Source: Flavobacteriia bacterium (lineage in GTDB: Bacteria > Bacteroidota > Bacteroidia > Flavobacteriales > Schleiferiaceae). Taken from it: 64,000 nt of DNA. The position numbers and the translations under genes are program-made. How positions within the stretch are numbered: the stretch's first letter is position 1; each line of letters opens with the position of its first letter. The notes under the pieces are model-generated. The model saw only the letters and a list, made by a program, of their open reading frames with translations. It made no database searches and was not told where the DNA came from. This document shows, in pieces, positions 1-8,700 of this stretch. The stretch covers positions 46,123 through 110,122 of the forward strand of contig JAYOTP010000003.1 in NCBI GenBank assembly GCA_038150465.1. Direction: 5' to 3'.

Positions 1-887
1 ACCAGATCTACAAAGTGCCAGTACAGCCCCACTTTCTCCACCATTTCGTAATGGCCTCGTTTGGCGTAGGTCCCCATGATCACATTGATGAATACCACAA
101 TATTGATCACGACCCCAGAGAACACGTGGAATCCGTGAAATCCGGTGATGAAAAAGAAGAAGTTCGCAAAGAGTGGACTGCCATATTCATTGCGCGTCAT
201 GTTGGCCCCGTGGACGACATGTGCCTTTTGGATCATCCGGTCGGATACTGCAGCCGAAAAGAGTTCTTTCTTCTTCCCCGTGGTCATCAGCTGATAATCG
301 CCCTGGGCAAAAGCTGCACGCAACTGCTCATCAGAAAAGCGCTCGTGATGCCCACCGTGGTGGCCGTCGGTTTGTGGGCCGTGGATCAGTTCTGTCAGTG
401 AAATGTGGGATCCTTCGGCATCAGCTACATAGAGCATGCGGCCATCCTCCATTTGTACCGAGCCTTTGTCCCCAGAGATGAAGTGATACCATTCCCAAGC
501 CTGAGAGCCGAGGAAGAAGAATCCACCCACGATGGTCAAAAACATCCAAAGGATGACTCCTTTCTTGTTGTTGTGGTGGCCTTCATTCACTGCGAGGACC
601 ATGGTGACCGACGACATGATCAGGATGAAGGTCATCAGCGCCACATAGAGCAATGGCTGCTCTCCGCTCACATAAGGAAAGTGGGTGAAGACATCTTCGG
701 CCACCGGCCAAGACTCCACGTACTTGAACCTCATGAGCCCATAGGCTGTTAAGAATCCGGAAAAGGTGAGTGCGTCACTCAAGAGAAAGAACCACATCAT
801 GAGCTTTCCGTAGCTCGCTCCTAGTGGTTGTCGCCCGCCGCTCCAAAACCGCTGGTCTTGGGCTTCGATCACTGCTTCATTGGCCAT
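1..887 (-). CDS. cytochrome c oxidase subunit III, partial (C-terminus lies beyond the left window edge)
   Basis: Missing from the ORF track because it runs off the edge. Manual minus-strand translation from the ATG at 887 gives MANEAVIEAQDQRFWSGGRQPLGASYGKLMMWFFLLSDALTFSGFL, then FFFFITGFHGFHVFSG and GLYWHFVDLV, which are subunit III motifs. The + strand ORFs 15..752 are antisense artefacts. Confidence 0.85.
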   Translation of the reverse strand, partial: MANEAVIEAQDQRFWSGGRQPLGASYGKLMMWFFLLSDALTFSGFLTAYGLMRFKYVESWPVAEDVFTHFPYVSGEQPLLYVALMTFILIMSSVTMVLAVNEGHHNNKKGVILWMFLTIVGGFFFLGSQAWEWYHFISGDKGSVQMEDGRMLYVADAEGSHISLTELIHGPQTDGHHGGHHERFSDEQLRAAFAQGDYQLMTTGKKKELFSAAVSDRMIQKAHVVHGANMTRNEYGSPLFANFFFFITGFHGFHVFSGVVINIVVFINVIMGTYAKRGHYEMVEKVGLYWHFVDL

Positions 888-916
888 GAATCGTCGTTAT
901 TTACGCGCTTGCAAGT

Positions 917-1498
917 TTAGCGAATAAATAGCAGAAACAGGAAGAGATAGAGCCACAAAGCGCCGAGGAAATGCCAGAAGATGGCAGTGAGTTCAAAACC
1001 CAGTTTGTTCTGCCGGGTGTACTTGCCTCGGGAACAGCGATTGGCGGTTTTTCCCAGGCTGATCAATCCCGCCAGAATGTGCAGTAAATGGAAGAAGGTG
1101 ATGGCGTAGACCCATGATCCGGAAGTGCTGCTGCCTTTGCCTGTGAAGTAGATGCCCCGATCGATGAGATCCTGCCAGCCAGTGTACTGAAAAAACAGAA
1201 AAACAAGGCCCAGTCCGAAGGTGATCCCGATCATTCGGGTCGCATTGGGTGTGTCTTCACGATTGATCATGCGCGAGGCCAGGACCATGGTCACACTCGA
1301 TAGCCCGATAACGATGGTGCTGTACAGGAACCAATTCGGCAGAGCGAACTCCATCCACAGGTTTTCCTGCAAGAGGGCCTTTCGGCTCACTACATAACCC
1401 GAAGTCAAACCAGCAAAGGCCATGAACATGCTGGCCATACCGATCCACAGGAAGGGTTTCTTGACTTTCTTTTTTTCTTCAGCTGTCAGATAGGACAT
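917..1498 (-). CDS. second heme-copper oxidase subunit III-family membrane protein
   Basis: 193-aa ORF, strongly hydrophobic. FFHLLHILAGL and IFWHFLGALWLYLF motifs are typical of the subunit III family. It sits 29 nt downstream of the previous cox gene. Confidence 0.8.
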   Translation of the reverse strand: MSYLTAEEKKKVKKPFLWIGMASMFMAFAGLTSGYVVSRKALLQENLWMEFALPNWFLYSTIVIGLSSVTMVLASRMINREDTPNATRMIGITFGLGLVFLFFQYTGWQDLIDRGIYFTGKGSSTSGSWVYAITFFHLLHILAGLISLGKTANRCSRGKYTRQNKLGFELTAIFWHFLGALWLYLFLFLLFIR

Positions 1499-1504
1499 AG
1501 CACA

Positions 1505-2410
1505 TCAAATTAGGTAGCGGTCGAGTACGAACACGATCTGCATGAGGGTGAGCCACAAAACACTGCCGAGCATCAAACGGCGTGCAGCCCGTTCTGTTCG
1601 GTGGCGCAACAATTGTCCGGCCCGAACGATCAAAAAGATGCCAAGAACAAGGATCAGCAATGCCCCTACCGGAGACAGCACCAGGGTGCCTGTCAGGCCA
1701 AAAGCCGGGAGAAGGGACAAGGGCAGGAGTGCGAAGGTGTAGACAAAGGCCTGAAGGGCCGAGGAAGCGTCTCTTTTTCCTGTGGGAAGCAGGTTGTAGC
1801 CTGCCCGGGCATAATCGTCGTGCAACATCCAGCCTATGGCCCAAAAGTGAGGGAACTGCCAGATGAACTGGATCGCGAAGAGCGTACCGGACTCAATGTC
1901 AAAGTCGTTTCGGGCCGCCACCCAGCCCAGCATGAATGGAATCGCTCCGGGAATGGCCCCAACAAATACGGCCCATGGTCCTTTCGCCTTCATGGGCGTG
2001 TACACCAAGACATACAAGAGCACACTGAGCAGCCCGAATCCGGCACTCAATGGATTGATCAAAAAGAGCAAAAAAGCTCCGATGAGCCCATAGACCGAAG
2101 CCGCAACAAATGCTTCAGTAAAACTCAGCCGGCCACTGGGAAGTGGGCGGTTCTTGGTGCGCTGCATCAGCGCATCGCGGTCGCGCTCCCAGATCTGATT
2201 GAAGGCATTTGAACTCGCCACCACCAGAAAGCCTCCGGCAACCAGATAAAAGAATTCCAAAAGATCGAAAGGGTAGGCGGCGATCAGATAGCCGGCCACT
2301 GCAGAGAAGACCACGCTGCTCGACAACCTCGGTTTGGCGAGCGCAACGTACTGGGCCGCCTTTTCCTTGCCGCTCAGTGAGATCGATGCAGTATCTAAGC
2401 TCCTGTTCAA
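1505..2410 (-). CDS. cyoE: protoheme IX farnesyltransferase (heme O synthase)
   Basis: 301-aa polytopic UbiA-superfamily protein with NQIWERDRDALMQRTKNRPLPSG (NxxxDxxxD-type motif) and YTPMK. It lies 6 nt upstream of the cox subunit III-like gene. Confidence 0.9.
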   Translation of the reverse strand: MNRSLDTASISLSGKEKAAQYVALAKPRLSSSVVFSAVAGYLIAAYPFDLLEFFYLVAGGFLVVASSNAFNQIWERDRDALMQRTKNRPLPSGRLSFTEAFVAASVYGLIGAFLLFLINPLSAGFGLLSVLLYVLVYTPMKAKGPWAVFVGAIPGAIPFMLGWVAARNDFDIESGTLFAIQFIWQFPHFWAIGWMLHDDYARAGYNLLPTGKRDASSALQAFVYTFALLPLSLLPAFGLTGTLVLSPVGALLILVLGIFLIVRAGQLLRHRTERAARRLMLGSVLWLTLMQIVFVLDRYLI

Positions 2411-2457
2411 ATCAAAATTTTGGGAATTCAGCTCTTTTCAAATGCATTTGCTGTGGG

Positions 2458-3249
2458 TCACTTACAGACCAAAAACCAAGGATTCAATAGATCCTCCTTA
2501 TTGTATTTCAAAGGGCTGCGCTCTGGGTATTTCAAGACCTTGAAGCCCGCTGCACTGCAGATGGCATGTCCTGCCGCCGTATCCCATTCCATGGTCGGTG
2601 CGAAGCGTGGATATACATCCGCCTTGCCTTCGGCCACCATACAAAGCTTCAAGCTGCTGCCCCGGCTCAGGATCTCCAATTCGCCATGTTCCTCCTTGAG
2701 TCCGTTCATGAATGTCTCCGTCTCCGGACTCATGTGCGAGCGGCTGCCCACAGCGGTGTACGCACGGTCGGTCTTCTGTGGAATGCTGGTTCCTGTCTGC
2801 TTCATTTCCGTCCAGCTGATGGACTCTTCCGGTCCCACCTGCTTCATGTAGGCCCCTTCACCCACAACGCCGGCATAGAGCGTGCCCGTCACGGGGACGT
2901 AAATGACACCGGCCACCGGATCCTGTCCGTTCACCAGCGCGATGTTCACTGTGAATTCTCCGTTCCTCTTGATGAATTCCTTGGTTCCGTCCAGGGGATC
3001 CACCACCCAAAGCCAGGTCCAATGACTGCGCTCCTCGTAGGCCAACTTCTTTCCTTCTTCGCTGAGGATGGGCACTTCCGTTTTCTCGAGTTCTTTTACG
3101 ATCTCCAGATGCGCCTGCTTGTCGGCTTTTGTAAGCGGCGAATCATCTGCCTTCATCTCCACGCCAAAGTCGGCGGTCTCGTAAACTTCAAGTATGGCTT
3201 TGCCGCCATCGAGTGCTGCCCTTAGGGCGTGATCCATTGATTTTTCCAT
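2458..3249 (-). CDS. cysQ: 3'(2'),5'-bisphosphate nucleotidase (inositol monophosphatase family)
   Basis: 263 aa with SPLTKADKQAH, WVVDPLDGTKEFI and MEWDTAAGHA motifs of CysQ/IMPase. Confidence 0.85.
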   Translation of the reverse strand: MEKSMDHALRAALDGGKAILEVYETADFGVEMKADDSPLTKADKQAHLEIVKELEKTEVPILSEEGKKLAYEERSHWTWLWVVDPLDGTKEFIKRNGEFTVNIALVNGQDPVAGVIYVPVTGTLYAGVVGEGAYMKQVGPEESISWTEMKQTGTSIPQKTDRAYTAVGSRSHMSPETETFMNGLKEEHGELEILSRGSSLKLCMVAEGKADVYPRFAPTMEWDTAAGHAICSAAGFKVLKYPERSPLKYNKEDLLNPWFLVCK

Positions 3250-3317
3250 CGCTTCTGTTGACTGAAAATGAGATTGCGAAACTACTTCACAGAGTCAACA
3301 ATTGCGGAGGGAAAGGT

Positions 3318-4034
3318 TCACCGCAGGCGGAAATTCACAGGGACGATGAATTGTGTTCTTGCAGGCAGTCCATTGTGCTTACCCGGTGTGAAATCAGGAA
3401 GTTGACGAACGGCTTCAGCGGCGGCCTTCTCCAGTTGCGGATCGACCCTGCCGCTCACGGCCGTGACATCCACCACATGTCCTTTTTCATCCACGGTGAA
3501 TTGAACATAGGCGCGGCCCGAGACACCCATACTGCGGAGGTATTGCGGATAGTCGGTGGTCGTGGCGATGAAGCGTGCCAATTCTGTCTGCAGACATTCG
3601 TAGCGCGCATCTTCATCGGCAATGGATTCGCAGCCAGGATAGATGGGTTTCTGACCGATCAGGGCGAGTGGCAAGGACTCAATGACCTCTTCATACCGCT
3701 CCATGCCGATGGTGTCCAGATGGTTGAGTCCAATGACGCTGTCTACTGAGGGGCCCGGATCGGGTCGTGGATCGGGTTCGGGTTCAGGCTCTGGCGACAC
3801 CACGGGATCCAGACGTTCGTTCTTCTTTTTCTTCGGACGCTCTTTTTCCTTTCGGTAGGTGGGGATCACCTCGGGTTCGGCAGTGAAGGTGACGGCCAGC
3901 GGTTCTTCCTTGGGCAGAGGATCGAGGTAGCTGCGGTATTGCAGCGTGCCTATGGCCAGCAGCAGGGAGCAGATCAACCCCAGAAGGAAGAACAGGGGGC
4001 GCATGGGCTGTTCAGGGTGCGGTCGGGTCTTCAT
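3318..4034 (-). CDS. energy transducer TonB family protein
   Basis: 238 aa: N-terminal TM anchor, Pro/Glu/Lys-rich linker (PEPEPEPDPRPDPGP) and a C-terminal TonB domain (YPQYLRSMGVSGRAYVQFTVDEKGHV ... FIVPVNFRL). The start could instead be the internal Met (MRPLFF). Confidence 0.85.
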   Translation of the reverse strand: MKTRPHPEQPMRPLFFLLGLICSLLLAIGTLQYRSYLDPLPKEEPLAVTFTAEPEVIPTYRKEKERPKKKKNERLDPVVSPEPEPEPDPRPDPGPSVDSVIGLNHLDTIGMERYEEVIESLPLALIGQKPIYPGCESIADEDARYECLQTELARFIATTTDYPQYLRSMGVSGRAYVQFTVDEKGHVVDVTAVSGRVDPQLEKAAAEAVRQLPDFTPGKHNGLPARTQFIVPVNFRLR

Positions 4035-4087
4035 CGGTCATTCCTTTACAATGGAACGACCCCAATGGCATTCAGCGTATAGCAGAA

Positions 4088-4112
4088 CAAAAAAAAGGCC
4101 CGTGAAGGGCCT
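4088..4112 (-). terminator. rho-independent terminator downstream of the second TonB gene
   Basis: On the minus strand, AGGCCC-TTCAC-GGGCCT hairpin (4096..4112) followed directly by a run of 8 T (the A-run 4089..4096 on the + strand). It lies 23 nt after the stop at 4135. Confidence 0.8.
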
Positions 4113-4134
4113 GAGTTTTATGAATACTGCCTGT

Positions 4135-4842
4135 CTACTGCAGACGGAAATTGATCGGCACGGTGTACGACATCCGTACGGCACGACCGCTCTGTTTTGC
4201 AGGCTTGAGTTTGGGAAGTTTGCCCACTACATCCACCGCAGACTTATCCAGCATCTTATCGACGCCTCGGGCCACCTCCACATTGGAGATCTTTCCGTTC
4301 TTCTCTACGACGAAACTGACGAATACCCGGCCCTGAACGCCCATCTGCCGGGACATCTCCGGGTAGTCCACATTCTTGGAAATGAATTTCATCAAGCTGA
4401 GCTGGAAGCACTGGAATTTGGCCTCCTCATTCGGTTCGTTCTCGCAACCCGGGAAGACGGGCTTGTTCTCTACGACAGCGAAATTCAGGATCTCATCGGA
4501 TTCCTCTTCTTCCACTTCAATGATCTCGATGACTTCCTCCTGATCGGTCTCAATGCTTTCGATCTCGAGTTCTTCCTCAAGTTCCACTTCGTCGGCCACG
4601 ACTTCGAGGATCTCTGGCGGAGGTGGTGGCGGGGGCGGAGGTGGCTTTTGTTCGCGTTCGGTGATCGGGATCACCTCATCATCAATGGCCACGTCCAGCT
4701 GGCCGAGGTCCATGGGGCCGCTTTCATAGGTGCGGTATTCGATCGCTCCGATGGCGATACCCAGCGAAAGGACCAGGCCGAGCAGCAGGAACATCCCACG
4801 GCTCTTCTCCAGATCGGCATTCGGATTTTTCTTGAGTTCCAT
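4135..4842 (-). CDS. energy transducer TonB family protein (paralogue)
   Basis: 235 aa: MELKKNPNADLEKSRGMFLLLGL TM anchor, P10 tract, acidic linker, C-terminal TonB domain (YPEMSRQMGVQGRVFVSFVVEKNGKISNV ... YTVPINFRL). Confidence 0.9.
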   Translation of the reverse strand: MELKKNPNADLEKSRGMFLLLGLVLSLGIAIGAIEYRTYESGPMDLGQLDVAIDDEVIPITEREQKPPPPPPPPPPEILEVVADEVELEEELEIESIETDQEEVIEIIEVEEEESDEILNFAVVENKPVFPGCENEPNEEAKFQCFQLSLMKFISKNVDYPEMSRQMGVQGRVFVSFVVEKNGKISNVEVARGVDKMLDKSAVDVVGKLPKLKPAKQSGRAVRMSYTVPINFRLQ

Positions 4843-4880
4843 TATCTCAATTCAAATTGGCTTCTAAAGTACAAAAAGCA

Positions 4881-5315
4881 TCAGGTCTCCGAAGACCCGA
4901 TAAAGCGGCGATGGACGGCCCGCATCAGACCGAAACCAGCAAGTGCTCCGAAGGTATTTGCTGCAAAATCTTCCCAGGTCCCGGTTCGGTCGATCGCAAC
5001 GGTCTCCTGCAAGATCTCCAGAATGCCCCCAGCCGCTGTTCCCAGTCCGACCAGAAGCCATTGGTTCACTTTTTTGGGCGGGCGGTAGCTGAAATTCCAT
5101 CCGATCAGCCCCATGTAATAGAGCACATAGATGGTGAAGTACATGCCTCCGTGGAGCAGCAGATCCTTGAAGGACAAAAGGAAACTCGGGATCTCACGTC
5201 CCCGGATCAAACTGAAATAGGTGATGGTCAGCCCCCAGGCAAAACCGGGCAGGAAGCCAAGGACTTTTTGAAACCCGCTGGATCTAACCCACCAACTCTC
5301 CATAGGCGCTGGCAT
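4881..5315 (-). CDS. VanZ family membrane protein
   Basis: 144 aa with 4 hydrophobic segments and a VanZ-like core ([15 protein letters not shown] ... [27 protein letters not shown]). Overlaps the 3' end of gcvH by 20-32 nt depending on which start is used. Confidence 0.7.
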   Translation of the reverse strand: MPAPMESWWVRSSGFQKVLGFLPGFAWGLTITYFSLIRGREIPSFLLSFKDLLLHGGMYFTIYVLYYMGLIGWNFSYRPPKKVNQWLLVGLGTAAGGILEILQETVAIDRTGTWEDFAANTFGALAGFGLMRAVHRRFIGSSET

Positions 5316-5661
5316 CCATCAATTCGTCAAGCGCACTGGGATCGTCCATCCGGACCTTGATGATCCAACCTTCTCCGTAGGGATCCGAATTGATCTTTTC
5401 CGGGTCGGATTCCAACTCTTCATTGAAGGAGATGATCTCACCGCCAACAGGCATGAAGAGATCGCTCACCGTTTTTACCGCCTCGATCGAGCCGAACACC
5501 TCGTCTTTTCCCATGGTTTCGCCCTCGGTCTCCACCTCTACAAAAACAATATCGCCCAATTCGCCCTGGGCGAAGTCGGAGATTCCAATGACGGCCGTAT
5601 CGCCTTCGACGCGGACCCATTCGTGTTCTTTGCTGTAGCGCAGGTCTTCAGGGATGTTCAT
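5284..5661 (-). CDS. gcvH: glycine cleavage system protein H
   Basis: 125 aa: [34 protein letters not shown] and the lipoyl-lysine context [10 protein letters not shown]. Confidence 0.95.
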   Translation of the reverse strand: MNIPEDLRYSKEHEWVRVEGDTAVIGISDFAQGELGDIVFVEVETEGETMGKDEVFGSIEAVKTVSDLFMPVGGEIISFNEELESDPEKINSDPYGEGWIIKVRMDDPSALDELMDASAYGELVG

Positions 5662-5712
5662 CTGGTCTGTTTTAGAGAGGACAAAAGTGCAGAATTATCA
5701 TCAAGAGAAAAA

Positions 5713-8700
5713 CTATTGACCCAGATTCAACCGCACGCTGATCCCGGCATTCACATTGGAGGTCGGGAAGGCGGTTGAGATCTTGTACTCACTGATGTTG
5801 TGGTCGTAGAAGAACTTGGCGGTCACCCGTGGAGTAAGGACGTAATCCGCCGAGAATTTGATGTTCACGATGCGCTGGCCCGCATTGACCTGATCCAGAT
5901 TCTCCACAATGCGCCGCACCACGGTGATGTTGTCCCGTATGGAGAGATCGACCTTGAGTTCGAGATTGCTCTGCACGGCCTTTTTCGCCGCACCGACCCG
6001 AATGAAGTTGAAGCGAATGTCTTTGATGATATAGCCCAGGCCGACCACGTATTCCACGCCCTTGATCTCAGAGACCTGATTGTTCGACAGACTCAGGCCG
6101 ATGTTGCGGTCCATCTTGTAGTCGAAGCGGACCGATACGCTGTTCTTCATCCGGACATTCACTCCGATCAGCGGAGAGAATTGCTCGGTCAGGCTGATCT
6201 GGTTGATCAGGGTCTCGAACATGAAGTCTCCGTTGATGTTTCTCGGATTGCTTCCAGGCTGGGCGAGCAATGAATCCATGTACGCCAGGTTGGTGGTATA
6301 GCTCTGTACGCTGTAGGTGGAGCTGTAGGTGTGGCTGAGGGTGAAGGTCTGGAATTGGTCCCTGAACCAAGCGTATTTCATCAGACCGTCATAGCTGACC
6401 GACCAGTTCGGGATGGGCACGCGTTTCTTCCATTCCAGACCGTAGTTGCTTGCATCATTGCCGGTATAGGCCGCCAGGAAGGCCGGTATCAATACATTCT
6501 GGCTGATCAGTGAATAACCGTCATATCCGAAATTGGTCGAATCGGCGGAACCGATGATCTCGGCCGCGTAGTTCGGGTCGCGCGCTGCCCGATCCTGCGC
6601 CAGTCTTCTGGAGATCTCCATTCGGTTGTCCAGGAATTGCTGGAAGACCTTGGAGCTGTACAAAGGTGCACTGGAACGGTCCCAGGCCGTGGGGATGGCG
6701 AAAAAGGAGATATTGTAGTTCCCGGTGACGTTCTTGTTCTGCTCGGTGAAATTGTCCAGGTTCTCATCAAATCGCCAGAAGGAGTTCATGTTCTCCGCGT
6801 CGCTCAGAGTGGCGGTGATGTCGATGCGCAGGTCCTGCCAGGGTTCCACCTGTGCCCGCAGATTCATGCTTTCACTTCGCGTTCGGGTAAAGGGATTGTT
6901 CTGGTACGGACTCGTTGTCAGCCAGCCATTCCGGGCCGCCTGTACGCGGACATCGTTTTCGGAAAGGTCGTCCGGAGGTTGCAGCCCCATGGCGAAGCCG
7001 AATCCAGGTGCCCAATTGTTCCCTGGGCTCGTTCCAAAGTGCTCAGGACGCGGAAGGAAGCCCGGCAGTCCGGTGCCCTCCGTAAGCTGATAGGTGCCGC
7101 TCACACTGCGCAGGCCCATGCCCACCCGAAGCATGCCCTTGAGGATCTTTTCTGCCACAGATTCCTTGGTGCTGTCCTGCTCCTCCTGCTTGTCGTCCGA
7201 AGGTCCGCCACGGGGCATCCGCCGGCGCACCGGCCCCCTCGAATTCCGCCTGCCCATGCCCTGTCCGTTGATCTTCTGCAGATAGGGGATCTTGTTGTAG
7301 AGGTTGACGAAGTTCAGCTGGGCCGAACCATTGATCGTGGCGCTGTTCTGCACCGTGCTCCCTAAGCGCAAGGTGTCGCTGGCTGCATTGAGGGCCACCT
7401 GCGAGTTGGTCATCCAGTTCAGGGTGCCTGCATAGCGCACATCGGAAGTGATCCAGTCAGTGGCGGGGAGTTTGTCAAAGGGCAACTGATAGCTCAGGTT
7501 GACACTCTGCTGAAACTGCGTGGGACGGCCACCGGCCCAAAAACTCTCTTTGATGCTTGCTTGGACCGAATCGGCAGATGCCGGACCATACAATTCGTCC
7601 ACCCGCGTATTGGCCGTTGCCGTATAATCGAAGGTGATGGCTTTGGTCAGATTCCAGGCCAGGTCGTACTGACGCCTCATGGTGAAGGCCTTGTTGTAGG
7701 TCGTAGGCAGTTCAAAGGAGAGGTTGTCGGTGTTCCGTTGTTTGTTCTCCTGATACATGCGGTTGACCTCGGTACGGAAGGTGAAGCTGCTGGGGTAGAA
7801 GTAAAAGTTGAAGTCCCGAAGCAGGGCCCACCAATCCGATTGGAACAAAGGCACTTCGTAGAAAGGCTCCACAGACTCGGGCTTGGTCTGGTATTGATAC
7901 TGGAAGTTCGCCTTGTGATCTATCCGCCGGTCGAATTCGGTATTGATGTCTCTTCGGAACTGTTCATTGAAGGAATAGCCCACGGTGAAATTCTCCACAT
8001 CGTAGACCTGAGGCGGGCGTTTGGAGCCCGGATCGCGGTTGCGCCCCACATTCGTGAAGTTGATGCCCCTTCTTTGTGTGTAGTCTTGAGTGATCTGCTT
8101 GAGCTTTTGCCGTTCCTCGTTGGTTTCCAGGTTGGCCAGCGCATCGTCAAATTCTATATCCGGATCGAGCGGATTGAACATCGGGTCTTTCCATTCCTCG
8201 GCGATCCCAAAGTAGAAGGGGATCCGCAGGCGTGCAGATTCACCAAAGAACTTCCCCAGTTCAAAATTGGACTGTAAGTCATACCCATAGATGGTTTCCT
8301 GCTGCCGTTCAGTCGGCCCCTGGTCCAGGGTTCCGAAGCCGAGGGTACTCATCCTTCCGGAGAGGGCCACATTTCCAAAGTCTGCGAGTTTGGCGGTCAT
8401 TCGGGCATTGGCCGCCCATCCACCGCGCTGATCGAAATCGGTCAGGCGCAGCTCGTTGATCCACACTTCTGCGCATTTGGACAAGCCATCGTCCCCATCA
8501 CCCGAGATCTGCTTTTTGGGATTCCGGATGCCGATCATGATCGTACGGATGTTGCTCAGATTCGGCGCACCGATCACAGAGATGCTTCTCCCGTCCCTGT
8601 TGAGCGTGAATCGGTCGTTGATACCGAGGTTCGGGTTGTCTCTGATCTTCTGATCTCGCTCGAGCTTGGTGTCTTTCAGGTCGTTGAAATCAAAATTGAA

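Noticed and set aside
4626-4655. GGN/GGC-rich simple repeat (and a similar CCN/GCC-rich stretch at about 41040..41130)
   Set aside because: These encode the poly-Pro tract of TonB and the Gly-rich tail of the TPM protein. They are coding low-complexity sequence, not CRISPR or tandem-repeat loci.
3946-5088. 380-aa + strand ORF spanning both TonB genes
   Set aside because: It runs antisense across two genes and through the intervening terminator, and has no recognisable domain. It is an artefact.
5662-5712. Riboswitches in the expected places (glycine upstream of gcvH, preQ1 upstream of queD at 23410..23434, fluoride upstream of crcB at 56010)
   Set aside because: The available leaders are 51 nt, about 17 nt and 0 nt. 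Those for gcvH and crcB cannot hold the respective aptamers, and I saw no hairpin or aptamer-like structure in the roughly 17-nt queD leader. No conserved aptamer cores were seen.
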